A stretch of 64,000 bases of DNA from the NCBI GenBank assembly GCA_965279515.1, contig CBDIID010000003.1, forward strand, positions 864,001 through 928,000, written 5' to 3'. The position numbers and the translations under genes are program-made. Source of the stretch: Turneriella sp. (lineage in GTDB: Bacteria > Spirochaetota > Leptospiria > Turneriellales > Turneriellaceae). Position 1 is the first letter of the stretch; each line of letters opens with the position of its first letter. A model generated the notes under the pieces. It saw only the letters and a list, made by a program, of their open reading frames with translations, was not told where the DNA came from and searched no databases. Positions 20,670-32,734 of the stretch are shown piece by piece.

Positions 20670-23600
20670 TTACTCTTCGTCATCGTCCGCATCTTCGCTG
20701 TCGCCTGCATCATCGGCCTTTTTTGCGGCCGGAGCCATCGCGGCGATTTCATCGGGTTTATCCTGCGCGCCGTTGTAGAGCTGCTCGAGTTCCTCTTCCG
20801 TATAGAAAAGGTCACCCATGACAGCCTTATAGGCGCGTATGTCGCGGTAATCGCGCATACCTGTTCCCGCAGGAATCAGGTGGCCGATGATGATATTCTC
20901 TTTAAGCCCTTCGAGAGGATCGTCTTTTCCTTTGATCGCCGCGTCGGTGAGGACACGGGTCGTTTCCTGGAACGATGCCGCTGAAAGGAAGCTTTCTGAA
21001 TTTAATGAAGCTTTGGTAAGCCCCATCAGAATCGGTGTTGCCGACGCTTCTGCACCACCGTCGCGTTCGACGCGCTGGTTTTCGCGCTTAAAGATCGCGC
21101 GGTCTACCTGGCTCATCGGCACAAAGATAGTATCGCCCGGTTCGGTAACTTCGACCTTGCGCATCATCTGGCGGATGATAATCTCGATGTGTTTATCGTT
21201 GATATACACACCCTGCAGGCGGTAAACTTCCTGGATTTCACGGATGAGATAGCGCTGCGCCTTCTCTTCGCCCATGATGCGCAGAAGATCGTGCGGATCC
21301 ATGACGCCGTCGTCGAGCGGCTCACCGCGTACGACAACTTCGCCATCGTGTACCTGTATCTGCTTATGGAGGGGAATCGATATCGAAACCGTATTCTCTT
21401 CCGCTTCTTCGCCTTTCAGGTCTTCAGGGATAATGTTGAGGACGCGTTTCTCGCGCACGATCGTTCCCGTGTCGCGCAGCATACCGTCGATCTCTGCGAG
21501 GTGGCAGGGATCTTTCGGATGGCGCGCTTCGAAGAGCTCGTCGATACGCGGCAGACCGCCGGTAATGTCGCGCGTCTTTTCCGCTTTAGATTCGAGTTTG
21601 GCGAGAATGTCGCCTTCCTGAACCGCGCTGCCGTTATCGATACTTAAAATCGCACCGACGGGCAGAGGTGTTTCCGCGACAAGTTTACCTTTTTCGTAGA
21701 TGTGCGCGCGGGGTACGAGTTTTTCGTTCTTGTATGCGACAATCTTCTTGAGCTTACCGATCGTACGGTCGCCGGTATCTTCTACGCGCAAGTTCTTGCC
21801 GTCTTCGACGTCGACAAGTTCGAGGCGGCCCGAATGCGTCGCGATAATGAGCGCGTTGTACGGGTCATATTCGCAGAGCAGTTGGTTCAGTTTCAGAACA
21901 TCACGCTCTTCGATATGCAGCACCGAACCTGCGCCCAATTGGATCGCATATTCAGGCGCCAGCAGATAGATGTCGTTCTTCTCGATGAAGATCGTGCCCG
22001 CTGCAGGCGCATAAAGCATCGAGTCGGCGCCCTGTTTGTCTTTCAGACGGCCTAAAACCTCACCCTTGATGAGTTTTGCCGCCGGTTCGTGCGTGAATTC
22101 CGCAAATTGCGTTTTTGTATAGCGCGCGAGAATCTGTGCAATAATCACAGAGCCGCGTTTCGCCATAATGCGTTGTTTCTGGCGGTTCACGACCTGACGG
22201 CCCTGGAGCGAGAGTACAACCGCATCGTACGGCGCCTTGATCGCGCTTTCGGCAGATTTCGTCGTCGCCGTGCCACCGATGTGGAACGTACGCATCGTCA
22301 GCTGTGTACCGGGCTGGCCGATCGACTGCGCGGCAATAATACCCACAGCCTCGCCCTTCTCGACCGGTTGTAGTGTTGCAAGGTCAATACCGTAGCAGCA
22401 ACCGCAGACACCGGTGACCGATTCGCAAGTGAGGATTGACCGCACCTTAATCATCTCATAACCTAATGTTTCGATCTGTGCCGCAATTTCTTCTGTGACC
22501 AGCGTATTGCGTATATGAATGACTTCGTCCGTATTCGGGTCTTTGATATCTTGCTGCAGGTAGCGGCCGGAAATCTTCTGGCGCAGGCTCACAATCACCT
22601 TTTCGCCTTCTTTGTCGGCCGACATATTAAAACCTTCGTTGGTTCCGCAGTCGTCTTCGCGGACGATAACATCCTGTGATACGTCAACAAGGCGGCGCGT
22701 CAGGTAACCCGCATCGGCCGTCTTGAGGGCCGTATCGGCAAGACCTTTACGCGCACCCGACGTCGAGATGTAGAACTCGAGAACGCCGAGGCCTTCCTTG
22801 AAGTTCGAACGGATCGCAAGCTCGATAATATCCCCTGACGGTTTCGCCATCAGACCACGCATACCGGCGAGCTGGCGAATCTGTGAACGCGAACCCCGCG
22901 CACCTGAGATTGCCATAGCATAGATCGGATTAAATCCGTTCTGGTCCTGGCTCAGGAGCGCAAAGAGATCTTCGGTGATCTTTTCATTGGCATTCGTCCA
23001 GATATCGATGACCTTTTTATAACGTTCTTCGTTGGTGATCACACCTTTGCGGTGCTCGGTTTCAACGCGCTCGACTTCTTTGTTCGCCTTGTCAATGATG
23101 CGTACCTTAGATTCGGGAATCTTCACGTCTTCAATCGAGATCGTTGGCGCGAAATGCGTCGCAGATTGAAAGCCCAGCTTCTTGATGGCATCGAGAAACT
23201 TCACTGTAATCGCTGCGCCCCTCAGTTTATAGAGATCTGCAATGATCTCATTCACTGTTTTGTTGGTCAGCGGCTTATTGACATAGGGATAGTTCGCTGG
23301 CAGCATCTGGTTAAAGATGAGACGGCCAGGCGTTGTTTCGAAAATTTTGTCGTTCTGCACGAAGCGTACTTTCGCGCGGTATTCAACAATACCGCGGTCG
23401 AGCGCATAGGTCAGCTCGTCCATGTTGTCATAGATGAGACCTTCGCCTTTCGCGCCGGGATAATCCGCCGTCAGGTAATAAAGGCCCAGGATCATATCCT
23501 GTGTGGGCCCTACGATCGGCTGGCCGTTCGCAGGGTTGAGCAGGTTATGCGCTGAGAGAATCAGCAGCCATGCTTCGAGCTGTGCGCGCGGTGACAGCGG

Positions 23601-24977
23601 CACGTGGATCGCCATCTGGTCACCGTCGAAGTCCGCGTTAAAGGCGTGGCAGACGAGCGGGTGCAGCTGTATGGCTTTGCCTTCGACGAGCACCGGCAAG
23701 AACGCCTGGATACCCAGACGGTGCAGCGTCGGTGCGCGGTTGAGCAGCACCGGGTGTTCGTGGATGACTTCTTCGAGACCTTCGAAGACTTCGCGGTCTT
23801 CGTTCTCGATCATGCGCTTCGCAGATTTAATATTCTGTGTATATTCTTTATCGACGAGCCACTTCATGATGAAGGGCTTGAAGAGCTCCAATGCCATCTT
23901 CTTAGGCAGACCGCACTGGTAGATTTTGAGTTCGGGACCGACAACGATAACGGTACGACCTGAATAGTCGACACGTTTACCGAGCAGGTTCTGGCGGAAA
24001 CGGCCCTGCTTGCCTTTCAGCATATCTGAAAGGGATTTCAGGGGACGGTTGCCCTTGCCCTTGATTGACTTCTTGCGGCGGCTGTTATCGAAGAGAGCGT
24101 CTACCGCTTCCTGCAGCATGCGCTTTTCGTTGGATACGATGATATCAGGCGCCTTAAGGCCTAAGAGGCGTTTCAGACGGTTGTTACGGTTGATGACGCG
24201 GCGGTAGAGGTCGTTGAGGTCAGACGTTGCAAAACGGCCACCCTCGAGCTGTACCATCGGGCGCAGTTCGGGCGGGAGCACAGGAATCGTATCCAGAACC
24301 ATCCACTCGGGGCGGTTATGGCTGTCGCGGAACGCTTCGAGGATCTCGAGGCGCTTCAGGATTCTTTTATCGCTGATCTTCTTCTTCGATTCGATTTTTG
24401 CGCGGATAAGGCGAATCTCTTCTTCGATGTTCACCATCGAGAGAAGTTCTTTTACCGCATCAGCACCGATCGAAGCGTAGAATTTATCGCCGTAGAGCTC
24501 GACCAGGCGGCCATGCTCTTCCTGTGTGATGAGTTGTTTGAGTTCGAGACCCGATTCACCCGGATCAATCACCACATAACGCTCGAAATAGAGCACGCTC
24601 TTGATGTCGTTCGCCGACATATCGAGCACGAGCGCGATACGGCTGGGGACAGTACGGTAATACCAGATGTGCGCGACTGGGTATGAGAGTTCAATGTGAC
24701 CCATGCGCTCGCGGCGCACCTTGCTGTGTGTGACTTCAACGCCGCACTTATCGCAGACAACGCCTTTGTAACGGATCGATTTAAATTTTCCGCAGTAGCA
24801 CTCCCAGTCTTTGGTTGTGCCGAAGATTTTCTCGCAGAACAGACCATCGCGCTCGGGCTTCAGTGTTCGGTAGTTGATGGTTTCAGGTTTTTTGACCTCG
24901 CCATGCGACCACTCGCGCACCTTGTCGGGCGACGCCAGTTTGATTCTGATCTTATGAAAATCGTGGAATTCTCTCAT
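20670..24977 (-). CDS. rpoC: RNA polymerase beta' subunit
   Basis: [29 protein letters not shown]. Confidence 0.99.
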   Translation of the reverse strand: MREFHDFHKIRIKLASPDKVREWSHGEVKKPETINYRTLKPERDGLFCEKIFGTTKDWECYCGKFKSIRYKGVVCDKCGVEVTHSKVRRERMGHIELSYPVAHIWYYRTVPSRIALVLDMSANDIKSVLYFERYVVIDPGESGLELKQLITQEEHGRLVELYGDKFYASIGADAVKELLSMVNIEEEIRLIRAKIESKKKISDKRILKRLEILEAFRDSHNRPEWMVLDTIPVLPPELRPMVQLEGGRFATSDLNDLYRRVINRNNRLKRLLGLKAPDIIVSNEKRMLQEAVDALFDNSRRKKSIKGKGNRPLKSLSDMLKGKQGRFRQNLLGKRVDYSGRTVIVVGPELKIYQCGLPKKMALELFKPFIMKWLVDKEYTQNIKSAKRMIENEDREVFEGLEEVIHEHPVLLNRAPTLHRLGIQAFLPVLVEGKAIQLHPLVCHAFNADFDGDQMAIHVPLSPRAQLEAWLLILSAHNLLNPANGQPIVGPTQDMILGLYYLTADYPGAKGEGLIYDNMDELTYALDRGIVEYRAKVRFVQNDKIFETTPGRLIFNQMLPANYPYVNKPLTNKTVNEIIADLYKLRGAAITVKFLDAIKKLGFQSATHFAPTISIEDVKIPESKVRIIDKANKEVERVETEHRKGVITNEERYKKVIDIWTNANEKITEDLFALLSQDQNGFNPIYAMAISGARGSRSQIRQLAGMRGLMAKPSGDIIELAIRSNFKEGLGVLEFYISTSGARKGLADTALKTADAGYLTRRLVDVSQDVIVREDDCGTNEGFNMSADKEGEKVIVSLRQKISGRYLQQDIKDPNTDEVIHIRNTLVTEEIAAQIETLGYEMIKVRSILTCESVTGVCGCCYGIDLATLQPVEKGEAVGIIAAQSIGQPGTQLTMRTFHIGGTATTKSAESAIKAPYDAVVLSLQGRQVVNRQKQRIMAKRGSVIIAQILARYTKTQFAEFTHEPAAKLIKGEVLGRLKDKQGADSMLYAPAAGTIFIEKNDIYLLAPEYAIQLGAGSVLHIEERDVLKLNQLLCEYDPYNALIIATHSGRLELVDVEDGKNLRVEDTGDRTIGKLKKIVAYKNEKLVPRAHIYEKGKLVAETPLPVGAILSIDNGSAVQEGDILAKLESKAEKTRDITGGLPRIDELFEARHPKDPCHLAEIDGMLRDTGTIVREKRVLNIIPEDLKGEEAEENTVSISIPLHKQIQVHDGEVVVRGEPLDDGVMDPHDLLRIMGEEKAQRYLIREIQEVYRLQGVYINDKHIEIIIRQMMRKVEVTEPGDTIFVPMSQVDRAIFKRENQRVERDGGAEASATPILMGLTKASLNSESFLSAASFQETTRVLTDAAIKGKDDPLEGLKENIIIGHLIPAGTGMRDYRDIRAYKAVMGDLFYTEEELEQLYNGAQDKPDEIAAMAPAAKKADDAGDSEDADDDEE

Positions 24978-24988
24978 TCTTTCTCCGT

Positions 24989-27900
24989 TTAGCCTGCTGT
25001 ATTTTCCACCGAATCAACTTTGATGCGGCGGCGGATCCGTGAAAACTCATCGTCCATGTCTGAAATCTCGACTGGTTTTTCGTCGCCGTCGAGGATCGTG
25101 ATGTCGAGTGCGAGCGAACGTATCTCACGGATGAGAACGTTGAAGCTCTCCGGCACACCCGGCTTAATGGCGTGGATGCCTTTCACAATCGATTCATATA
25201 CACGTGCGCGGCCTTGCATGTCATCCGACTTCACAGTCAGGAGTTCCTGCAAGGTATGCGCTGCACCGTAGGCTTCGAGTGCCCAGACTTCCATCTCCCC
25301 GAGACGCTGACCGCCGAACTGGGCTTTACCACCCAACGGCTGCTGCGTAACCAACGAGTATGGTCCCGTTGAACGGGCATGCATCTTGTCTTCCACCATG
25401 TGGTGGAGCTTAAGCATATAGATCGTACCGACAAACGCCGGCTGCTGGAAATGCTCGCCGGAGCGGCCATCGCGCAGGTGGATTTTCGAATCCGGGCTGA
25501 TTTTAGCCTTACCTGCATAACTCTGGATATCATCCCATTTCGCACCATCAAAGACCGGCGTTTCAAAGTAGATACCGAGTTCTTTGCCGAGATAAGCGAG
25601 CTGCGTTTCAAAGATCTGACCCAGGTTCATACGCGAAGGTACCCCGAGCGGATTTAAAACGATATCGATCGGCGTGCCATCGGGCAGCATCGGCATATCG
25701 GCTTCATTGAGAATTGTCGAGATAACACCCTTGTTACCGTGGCGTCCGGCCATTTTGTCGCCGACAGAAATTTTACGTTTCTGTGCAACATAAACCTTAA
25801 CGGCTTCCACGATTCCAGCCGGAAGTTCATCCCCCTCGTCGCGCTTGAAGCGGACGATGTCGACCACGATACCTGCATGGCCGTTGGGCACACGCAGCGA
25901 TGAGTCGCGCACTTCTTTGGCTTTTTCGCCGAAGATCGAGTGGAGCAGACGGTATTCAGGCGTCAGGTCAGTCTCCCCTTTCGGAGTTACCATACCGACC
26001 AGAATATCACCCGCACGCACTTCTGCGCCGACGCGGATAATACCTTCATCGTCGAGATCGCGGAATGCGCGCTCGCTGATGTTCGGGATATCGCGTGTGA
26101 TAATCTCGCGGCCAAGTTTTGTTTCACGTGCCTGGATTTCAAACTCTTCGATGTGGATACTGGTGAACGTATCGTTCTTCACGAGTCGTTCTGACAGAAT
26201 AATCGCATCTTCGAAGTTATAGCCATCCCATGGCATGAATGCCACGGTGATGTTCTTGCCGAGTGCAAGGCGGCCATAACGCGTCGCCAGGCCGTCGGCA
26301 AGAATTGTCGCCTTACGCGCATTGTTCTTGTTCGGCTGGTCGAGGCGACCCTTGATGATTTCGCCGGCGAGCAGGTCTCCGCGGTAGACGAAAGCGCCTT
26401 CTTTGGCAACAGCTTTCATCGCCCCCTGGAAGGTTTGCATCGGGAAATGATAGGTTTTCCCGTTTTCGGCTTCGAGCAGCATCTCGTTCTTATCGATTTT
26501 GATGATCTTACCGTTCTCAGGCGCATTGTGGCAACCCACCAGTGACTGGTGGTTCAGCGTCGTGCTTTGGTTCGTGCGCTTGAATTTCACAAGGCGGTAC
26601 TTATCTTTAGTACCGTCTTCGCGTTCGACTTCAATCGCATCGGCATCGACTTTGGTCACCATACCGTCGTGATCGGCGATGACGCAGACACCCGAATCAT
26701 AGGCGATCGGCAATTCCATACCGGTACCGACATAAGGCATGTCGGGGGTCAGCAGCGGCACAGCCTGGCGCTGCATGTTGGAACCCATGAGAGCGCGGTT
26801 GGCGTCGTCGTGTTCGAGGAATGGAATCAAACTTGTTGAGAGTGAAATAACCTGTGTCGGCGAAACGTCCATCAGGTGAATTTCTTCTGAAGATTTCAGG
26901 GGGAAATCCCCGCGGTAACGGCAGCTGATCAGCTTATCGAGGAATTCGCCATTCTCGCCGAGCGTGGCGTTTGCCTGCGCGACGACATAGTGATCTTCTT
27001 CGTTGGCGGACAGGAACATGGCTTTGCCTGTATCCTTACCCTTCTCTACCACGCGGTAAGGCGTTTCGACAAAACCATAGGGGTTCAGGCGCGAGTATGT
27101 CGCCATCGAGGTAATGAGACCGATGTTTGGGCCTTCCGGCGTCTCGATCGGACAAAGGCGCCCGTAGTGCGTGTAATGCACGTCGCGCACTTCGAACCCG
27201 GCGCGTTCCCGTGTAAGACCACCGGGCCCGAGGGCATTGAGGCGGCGCTTGTGCGTAATTTCAGACAAGGGGTTCGTCTGATCCATGAATTGTGAAAGCT
27301 GGCTTGCGCCGAAGAATTCATTCATGACCGCAGTAATAGGTTTAATCGAGATCAGCAGTTGCGGCGTCATGATGTCGACGTCGTTCATGCTCATACGCTC
27401 TTTCACCACACGTTCCATACGCGTGAAACCCGCTTTGAGTTGTGTCGTGAGGAGTTCACCCACGGTGCGCACGCGGCGGTTACCGAGATGGTCAATGTCG
27501 TCGTACTGGTAACCAGGAACTTCATGAATTAAGTTCACCATGTACTTGCAGGTTTCGACGATGTCGATCGGGCGCAGAGTCTGCATGTTTGCATCTTCGC
27601 CGAATTCGCCGGCGTTCAGGTGTTTGAAACGCGCGTTAATTTTGTAGCGACCGACGCTGCCCATGTTATAGGTTTTCGCGTCAAAGAACAGGCGCTGCAT
27701 CTCAGCGCTGGCGCGCTCGATGTTTTTCGTGCGTTTCTCTGCGTCGCCGTGGTCGGGGCTGTAATCGAGCGGCTTCTGGTGTTTAATGAACTCCATCAGC
27801 GCTTCTTCGGTCGAGTTAACGCCGTCTTTGTCGAGCGACGTGAACACCACACGGTGGTCAACGGAGCCTTTATTGACGAGAAGTTCGATCTTGTCGATTT

Positions 27901-28735
27901 TCGCGTCTTTGAGAATATCCAGGTTATCTTCATTGAGCGCCTGGCCTGCTTCGATGAGGATCTCCCCCGTTTCCGGGTGAGCGACGTCGGTCAGCGTACG
28001 GCGGCCGATAAATTTTGCCAGGGTCTTGGACTGCACACCTTTGATGACAACACTTTCAGCGTCATAGAACAGGCGCAGAATTTGCTCGTTTGTGCCATAG
28101 CCTAAGGCTTTCAGGAGAAGAGTGAACGGGAATTTTTTACGGCGGTCTATACGGGCAATGAGCAGGCCCTTGGCGTCCATTTCAAATTCAAGCCATGAGC
28201 CTTTATGGTCTGGAATGATACGCGAAGAGAAGATATTCTTCGCTTCGTCGAAGAAAATGAAGATACCGGGTGAGCGGTGCAGCTGATTGACAATAACGCG
28301 TTCAGCGCCGTTGATGACAAAGGTACCGGTGGGCGTCATCATCGGCAGGTCGCCCATGTAGACTTCCTGTTCGCGCACTTCACCGGTTTCGATGGCGATC
28401 AGGCGGATTGTAGCCTTGAGGGGAGCGGCGTATGTCAGGCCGTTGACCTTACAATCCCAGATGTCGCGTTTTGCCTCGCCGAGGGTATATTCCACGAATT
28501 CGAGCACAACGTCGCCGTTAGAGCTTTCGATCGGGAAACTGTCTTCAAACACCGACTGCAGACCGACGCGTTTGCGTTTCGCCATGGGCGTCTCGATCTG
28601 CAAGAACTCGTTGTACGAGATAGTTTGCACCTCAATCAACGGTGGTACATCCAGCGATTTGCGGATATTTCCAAAGTTGATGATTTTGAACGACGAGGTA
28701 TCCTCGCCGACTCTTACGACATTAGAATCAGACAT
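24989..28735 (-). CDS. rpoB: RNA polymerase beta subunit
   Basis: [47 protein letters not shown]. Confidence 0.99.
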   Translation of the reverse strand: MSDSNVVRVGEDTSSFKIINFGNIRKSLDVPPLIEVQTISYNEFLQIETPMAKRKRVGLQSVFEDSFPIESSNGDVVLEFVEYTLGEAKRDIWDCKVNGLTYAAPLKATIRLIAIETGEVREQEVYMGDLPMMTPTGTFVINGAERVIVNQLHRSPGIFIFFDEAKNIFSSRIIPDHKGSWLEFEMDAKGLLIARIDRRKKFPFTLLLKALGYGTNEQILRLFYDAESVVIKGVQSKTLAKFIGRRTLTDVAHPETGEILIEAGQALNEDNLDILKDAKIDKIELLVNKGSVDHRVVFTSLDKDGVNSTEEALMEFIKHQKPLDYSPDHGDAEKRTKNIERASAEMQRLFFDAKTYNMGSVGRYKINARFKHLNAGEFGEDANMQTLRPIDIVETCKYMVNLIHEVPGYQYDDIDHLGNRRVRTVGELLTTQLKAGFTRMERVVKERMSMNDVDIMTPQLLISIKPITAVMNEFFGASQLSQFMDQTNPLSEITHKRRLNALGPGGLTRERAGFEVRDVHYTHYGRLCPIETPEGPNIGLITSMATYSRLNPYGFVETPYRVVEKGKDTGKAMFLSANEEDHYVVAQANATLGENGEFLDKLISCRYRGDFPLKSSEEIHLMDVSPTQVISLSTSLIPFLEHDDANRALMGSNMQRQAVPLLTPDMPYVGTGMELPIAYDSGVCVIADHDGMVTKVDADAIEVEREDGTKDKYRLVKFKRTNQSTTLNHQSLVGCHNAPENGKIIKIDKNEMLLEAENGKTYHFPMQTFQGAMKAVAKEGAFVYRGDLLAGEIIKGRLDQPNKNNARKATILADGLATRYGRLALGKNITVAFMPWDGYNFEDAIILSERLVKNDTFTSIHIEEFEIQARETKLGREIITRDIPNISERAFRDLDDEGIIRVGAEVRAGDILVGMVTPKGETDLTPEYRLLHSIFGEKAKEVRDSSLRVPNGHAGIVVDIVRFKRDEGDELPAGIVEAVKVYVAQKRKISVGDKMAGRHGNKGVISTILNEADMPMLPDGTPIDIVLNPLGVPSRMNLGQIFETQLAYLGKELGIYFETPVFDGAKWDDIQSYAGKAKISPDSKIHLRDGRSGEHFQQPAFVGTIYMLKLHHMVEDKMHARSTGPYSLVTQQPLGGKAQFGGQRLGEMEVWALEAYGAAHTLQELLTVKSDDMQGRARVYESIVKGIHAIKPGVPESFNVLIREIRSLALDITILDGDEKPVEISDMDDEFSRIRRRIKVDSVENTAG

Positions 28736-28757
28736 TTTGCTCCTCTGGCCTCAGCAT

Positions 28758-28795
28758 AAAAAAACAATAAGCCCGCCGGGCATCCGCCCGGCAGG
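28758..28795 (-). terminator. Intrinsic terminator/attenuator between rplL and rpoB
   Basis: Minus strand CCTGCCGGGC-GGAT-GCCCGGCGGG followed by TTATTGTTTTTTT. Confidence 0.6.
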
Positions 28796-28832
28796 TTTTT
28801 GAAAAGAAATCAAGAAAAGAAAAAGAAAGTCA

Positions 28833-29204
28833 TTACTTGAGCGCGATCTTGCCGCCCAAGGCTTCGATTTCTTTTTTGATTTTTTCAGCTTCGTCTTTGG
28901 AAACGCCTTCTTTCAGAACGCCTGTACCGCCCTCAACGAGCTTTTTTGCGTCCATCAGAGGAAGGTTGGTGATTTCACGTACTTTCTTGATTGCATCGAC
29001 TTTCTTGTCGCCGCTGAAACCTTCGAGTACTACGTTAAATTCCGTTTTTTCTTCGCCTGCTGCAGCTGCTGCTGCCGCTGGTGCTGCTGCAACCGCTACC
29101 GGTGCTGCCGCTGAAATACCAAACTTGTCTTCCATTGCTTTGACAAGTTCTGCCGCCTGAACGATCGTCAGCGAACCAATTTTATCTAAGAGCTCCTGTA
29201 CCAT
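28833..29204 (-). CDS. rplL: 50S ribosomal protein L7/L12
   Basis: [29 protein letters not shown]. Confidence 0.98.
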   Translation of the reverse strand: MVQELLDKIGSLTIVQAAELVKAMEDKFGISAAAPVAVAAAPAAAAAAAGEEKTEFNVVLEGFSGDKKVDAIKKVREITNLPLMDAKKLVEGGTGVLKEGVSKDEAEKIKKEIEALGGKIALK

Positions 29205-29240
29205 ACTTTCTCCTTTAATCTTCCCGCTTTTATTAAGCCG

Positions 29241-29768
29241 TTAATTTCCGTTTTTTTCCGCCACACTCTTGATGCCGCGCGCCAGAGACGCGATGACATT
29301 GTTGAGTGTACCTGCAATTTTTGTCGCAGGCGAGTTGAGCATTGCGGCGATTTGTGCCAGAATTTGCTCTTTCGAAGGCAGATCAGCGATTGCTTTGACG
29401 CCCTTCGCGTCAAAGTAAGTGCTCTCCATAACCCCAGCCCTCAGGACAAGTTTATCATTGTCCTTGCTGAAATCGCGGAGCACTTTAGCGACAGCTGGAA
29501 CATCAGAGCCTGCAAATGCAATCGCATTCGGCCCTTTCAGTGTGCTGTCATAGGGGAAATCTTTCGCCACGCCCGATTCTTTGAGCGCAATGCTGAAGAC
29601 ATTATTCTTAACAACGGTATACTTTGCGCCTGCTTCACGCAATTTCTTGCGCAGCGCGCTGATAGCGACCACATCCAGGCCCTGGTATTGTGTAATGATA
29701 AAGTTGGGAGTGCTCTTGAGAGCCGCTGCGTATTCGTCTTTGAGGTTGGTTTTTTCTGCTGACGGCAT
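29241..29768 (-). CDS. rplJ: 50S ribosomal protein L10
   Basis: YQGLDV..LRKKLR, VVKNN, LPSKEQILAQ; synteny. Confidence 0.97.
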   Translation of the reverse strand: MPSAEKTNLKDEYAAALKSTPNFIITQYQGLDVVAISALRKKLREAGAKYTVVKNNVFSIALKESGVAKDFPYDSTLKGPNAIAFAGSDVPAVAKVLRDFSKDNDKLVLRAGVMESTYFDAKGVKAIADLPSKEQILAQIAAMLNSPATKIAGTLNNVIASLARGIKSVAEKNGN

Positions 29769-30451
29769 TAGCGCATTTCCTTGATGTTAATCTTAACGGC
29801 AGGTGTCATTGTGCCAGTGACGTACATCCCCACCACATAGTCGCCCTTCGCATCAGACGGTTTTTCTTTGAGAATAGTCTGGAAGACGATCTCAGCATTA
29901 TCTTTAAGCTGATCTGCATTAAATGAGAGCTTGCCCATAGGCACATGCACCACACCGGTCTTGTCGGCGCGGTATTCGATGCGGCCACTGGTAAGCTGTG
30001 CGATAATGCCTTTGATATCTGTCGTCACAGTTCCGGATTTTGGCTTCGGCATGAGGCCGCGCTTACCCAGAACCTGACCGAGCTTACCGACGTCTTTCAT
30101 CATGTCGGGTGTCGCCACGACGAAGTCGAAGTCGACCCAGCCGCCCTGCACCTTTTGAATCATGTCATCGTCGCCGACGAAATCCGCACCCGCCTGGCGT
30201 GCTTCTTCAGCCTTATCGCCTTTGGCAAAGACAAGAATTTTGACTTTTTTGCCTGTGCCATGAGGCAGCTGAACGATACCGCGCACATTTTGTGTGCTTT
30301 TGTAGCGGACGTTGAAATGCCCTTCGAGTGTAGAATCGAATTTTGTATAAGTGACATCTTTAAGAATCTTCATTGCATCGAGCAATGAGTACTCTTTATC
30401 AGGATTTACTTTTTCTGCCGCTGCGCGGTATTTTTTTCCGTGTTTTGCCAT
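29768..30451 (-). CDS. rplA: 50S ribosomal protein L1
   Basis: [29 protein letters not shown]. Confidence 0.98.
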   Translation of the reverse strand: MAKHGKKYRAAAEKVNPDKEYSLLDAMKILKDVTYTKFDSTLEGHFNVRYKSTQNVRGIVQLPHGTGKKVKILVFAKGDKAEEARQAGADFVGDDDMIQKVQGGWVDFDFVVATPDMMKDVGKLGQVLGKRGLMPKPKSGTVTTDIKGIIAQLTSGRIEYRADKTGVVHVPMGKLSFNADQLKDNAEIVFQTILKEKPSDAKGDYVVGMYVTGTMTPAVKINIKEMR

Positions 30452-30452
30452 A

Positions 30453-30884
30453 TTATCCGCCCTGGATGGTTACTCCCATCGAACGCGCCGTACCGGCGAT
30501 AATCAGTTTAGCCGCTTCAATGTCATTGGCATTGAGGTCTGGCATTTTTTGTTTCGCAATCGCCTCGAGCTGAGCTTGCGTCAGCGAACCGACTTTATCT
30601 TTATGAGGAATCTTCGAGCCGCTTTCGATTTTGGCAGCTTTTTTGATAAGGTCACTGGCAGGAGGTACCTTCGTGATGAACGTAAAGGAACGATCTGAAA
30701 AAACAGTGACAATCACCGGGATGATACTGCCGGCCTGAGCCTGCGTTTTAGCGTTGAACTGCTTGCAGAATTCCATCAGGTTGACGCCCTGAGGACCCAA
30801 GGCAGTACCGACCGGCGGTGCAGGGTTTGCCTTACCTGCCGGAATCTGGAGTTTTACCTGTGCTACGATCTTTTTTGCTGCCAT
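30453..30884 (-). CDS. rplK: 50S ribosomal protein L11
   Basis: [29 protein letters not shown]. Confidence 0.98.
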   Translation of the reverse strand: MAAKKIVAQVKLQIPAGKANPAPPVGTALGPQGVNLMEFCKQFNAKTQAQAGSIIPVIVTVFSDRSFTFITKVPPASDLIKKAAKIESGSKIPHKDKVGSLTQAQLEAIAKQKMPDLNANDIEAAKLIIAGTARSMGVTIQGG

Positions 30885-30943
30885 TTAAGAAACCTTAACC
30901 TGTTTGCGAGCTGCCATTTTGCAAAATTGCGACATACCGCAAA

Positions 30944-31480
30944 CTATATTTTACTTACCTGCAAGTAATCCAACTCAACCGGGGTAGCCCGGCCGAAAAT
31001 CTCGACCCTAACCCTGACTTTACCCTTTTCAGGGTTCACATCATCGATAGTGCCCTGGAAGTTAGCGAACGGACCATCGATAATCTTGACGATTTCGCCT
31101 TCTGCGAAGAAAATACGCGGGGTTTGCTTCTCGTCTGCCACTGCGGGGCCCATTTCCGTGAAAAGAGAATGCATTTCTTCTTCACTGAGAACCTGCGGCT
31201 CGGTGCCGGCACTGACAAAACCCATGATTCCGGGCAGCGCCCGGATACGGTGCTGCAGCTCATCGCTGAGGTCTGCCTCGATAAAGACATAACCTGGCAT
31301 GAGTTTCTTCTTTACTATACGCTTTTTACCGCCACGCAGCTCGGCCATTTCATGGAGAGGTATCTTCACCTGCCCCACTTTGGCGCCGTCGGGCCATTTG
31401 TCTTTCTGGCGCTCGAGCAGCTTTTTGACCTTGTCTTCATGCGAAGACAGGGTCGTCACGACGTACCAGTGCATTGCCAT
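30944..31480 (-). CDS. nusG: Transcription termination/antitermination factor NusG
   Basis: WYVVTTLS, PGYVFIE, KOW motif IDGPFANF, IFGRATPVEL; start placed at 31480 just after secE stop. Confidence 0.97.
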   Translation of the reverse strand: MAMHWYVVTTLSSHEDKVKKLLERQKDKWPDGAKVGQVKIPLHEMAELRGGKKRIVKKKLMPGYVFIEADLSDELQHRIRALPGIMGFVSAGTEPQVLSEEEMHSLFTEMGPAVADEKQTPRIFFAEGEIVKIIDGPFANFQGTIDDVNPEKGKVRVRVEIFGRATPVELDYLQVSKI

Positions 31481-31481
31481 A

Positions 31482-31667
31482 TCAACCACCGATGACGGTC
31501 CGGAAAACCCGGTCGATTCCGCCATCGACGACATAGATGAGAACGGCGAAAATGATGACCGTCACGAAAACAACGAGCGTTGAACGTGAGACGTCATCCC
31601 ATGAAGGCCATGTTGCCTTGCGGAGCTCAGCCCTCGCTTCGACTAAAAACTGCCATATCCTTTTCAT
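31482..31667 (-). CDS. secE: Preprotein translocase SecE
   Basis: ELRKATWPS plus one TM; upstream of nusG. Confidence 0.95.
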   Translation of the reverse strand: MKRIWQFLVEARAELRKATWPSWDDVSRSTLVVFVTVIIFAVLIYVVDGGIDRVFRTVIGG

Positions 31668-31716
31668 AGTGCTCCTTTACAAATCTCGGATCTCTGCAGA
31701 GAGATCCTTTCAACTT

Positions 31717-31787
31717 CAGGGCAGGAAGGAATCGAACCCTCACTAACGGTTTTGGAGACCGTCGTTCTACCGTTGAACTACTGCCCT
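31717..31787 (-). tRNA. tRNA-Trp (CCA anticodon)
   Basis: AGGGCAGTAGTTCAACGGTAGAACGACGGTCTCCAAAACCG...GGTTCGATTCC cloverleaf; 3' CCA not encoded. Confidence 0.95.
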
Positions 31788-31792
31788 ATTTT

Positions 31793-31865
31793 AGCCCACA
31801 ATCGGAATCGAACCGATGACCTTTTCCTTACCATGGAAATGCTCTACCGACTGAGCTATGTGGGC
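31793..31865 (-). tRNA. tRNA-Thr (GGT)
   Basis: GCCCACATAGCTCAGTCGGTAGAGC...CATGGTAAGG...GGTTCGATTCC. Confidence 0.95.
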
Positions 31866-31903
31866 CTTCGGCCCACATAGCTCAGTCGGCTACATAGGCT
31901 TTT

Positions 31904-31992
31904 CGGAGTGGGAGGGATTCGAACCCTCGGTACCGGTTACCCAGTACAACAGTTTAGCAAACTATCGCATTCGACCACTCTGCCACCACTCC
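31904..31992 (-). tRNA. tRNA-Ser (GCT)
   Basis: GGAGTGGTGGCAGAGTGGTCGAATGC...TTGCTAA loop, long variable arm. Confidence 0.93.
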
Positions 31993-32056
31993 AGGGACTC
32001 GGTCTGCGGCGAAGAGGGCATCCTGCCCGCCGCAGACCTTGCGCATCCCTGCGCTT

Positions 32057-32143
32057 CGGAGGAGGTAGGATTCGAACCCACGAGACCCGTGAAGGTCTAA
32101 CGGTTTTCAAGACCGCCGCATTCGACCACTCTGCCACTCCTCC
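32057..32143 (-). tRNA. tRNA-Ser (TGA)
   Basis: GGAGGAGTGGCAGAGTGGTCGAATGC...CTTGAAA loop, long variable arm. Confidence 0.95.
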
Positions 32144-32287
32144 TATGATTTACTATCCATGGTCGGATTTTCGGATCACCGAAAACCATGCGGACAATAA
32201 AAAAAGACCTCTCGGTCTAATCTTACACGTTTAGAGATTGAAACACAGCGTCAAACGAATAGTGGATTGAGGGCCGGTTCAGGCGCT

Positions 32288-32725
32288 TTAGATGGAGAAA
32301 CGGCCTTTCAACAGGTTCCAGACACCCAGAGTCGCGAAAGTAGGCAGGCTTTTTGCAAACTGCGCACCGATCGTCGCCCAGTCAAAATAATCGCGCCACA
32401 GCGTGATTTTACCGTTTTTGACCTCAAAGGTGCCACAAACCCAGAATTCCAGGCGGAGGCCCGGCCCCGAGAGAATATCTGTGCGCTCGGTGAGCACGGT
32501 GCCATCTTTCTCAGCGATATTATGCATAATAACTTCAAACTTTTTACTGATCAGCCCAAAACGTTTCAAGGTTGCGATCGTGGCAGCTTTACCGTCATCC
32601 GTAGGTAACGGCACGTTCTGGTACTGGACATTGTCGTCGAGAAGAGACTCCGCCTTTTCTAAATCGGAATCTTCGAGCGCCTTGAGGAAGTCGATGACGG
32701 TTTCGGTTGCTGTTGTTTTTGCCAT
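32288..32725 (-). CDS. Limonene-1,2-epoxide hydrolase family protein
   Basis: YQNVP, VLTERTD, WVCGTFEV.NGKITLWRDYFD. Confidence 0.9.
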   Translation of the reverse strand: MAKTTATETVIDFLKALEDSDLEKAESLLDDNVQYQNVPLPTDDGKAATIATLKRFGLISKKFEVIMHNIAEKDGTVLTERTDILSGPGLRLEFWVCGTFEVKNGKITLWRDYFDWATIGAQFAKSLPTFATLGVWNLLKGRFSI

Positions 32726-32734
32726 AAAACGACC

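Noticed and set aside
20670..20770. Acidic low-complexity C-terminal tail of RpoC
   Set aside because: Variable acidic tails are common on beta'; no evidence of a special function
31858..32234. ORFs overlapping the tRNA cluster (and 49512-50095 over tmRNA/tRNA-Phe)
   Set aside because: Spurious frames across structural RNAs
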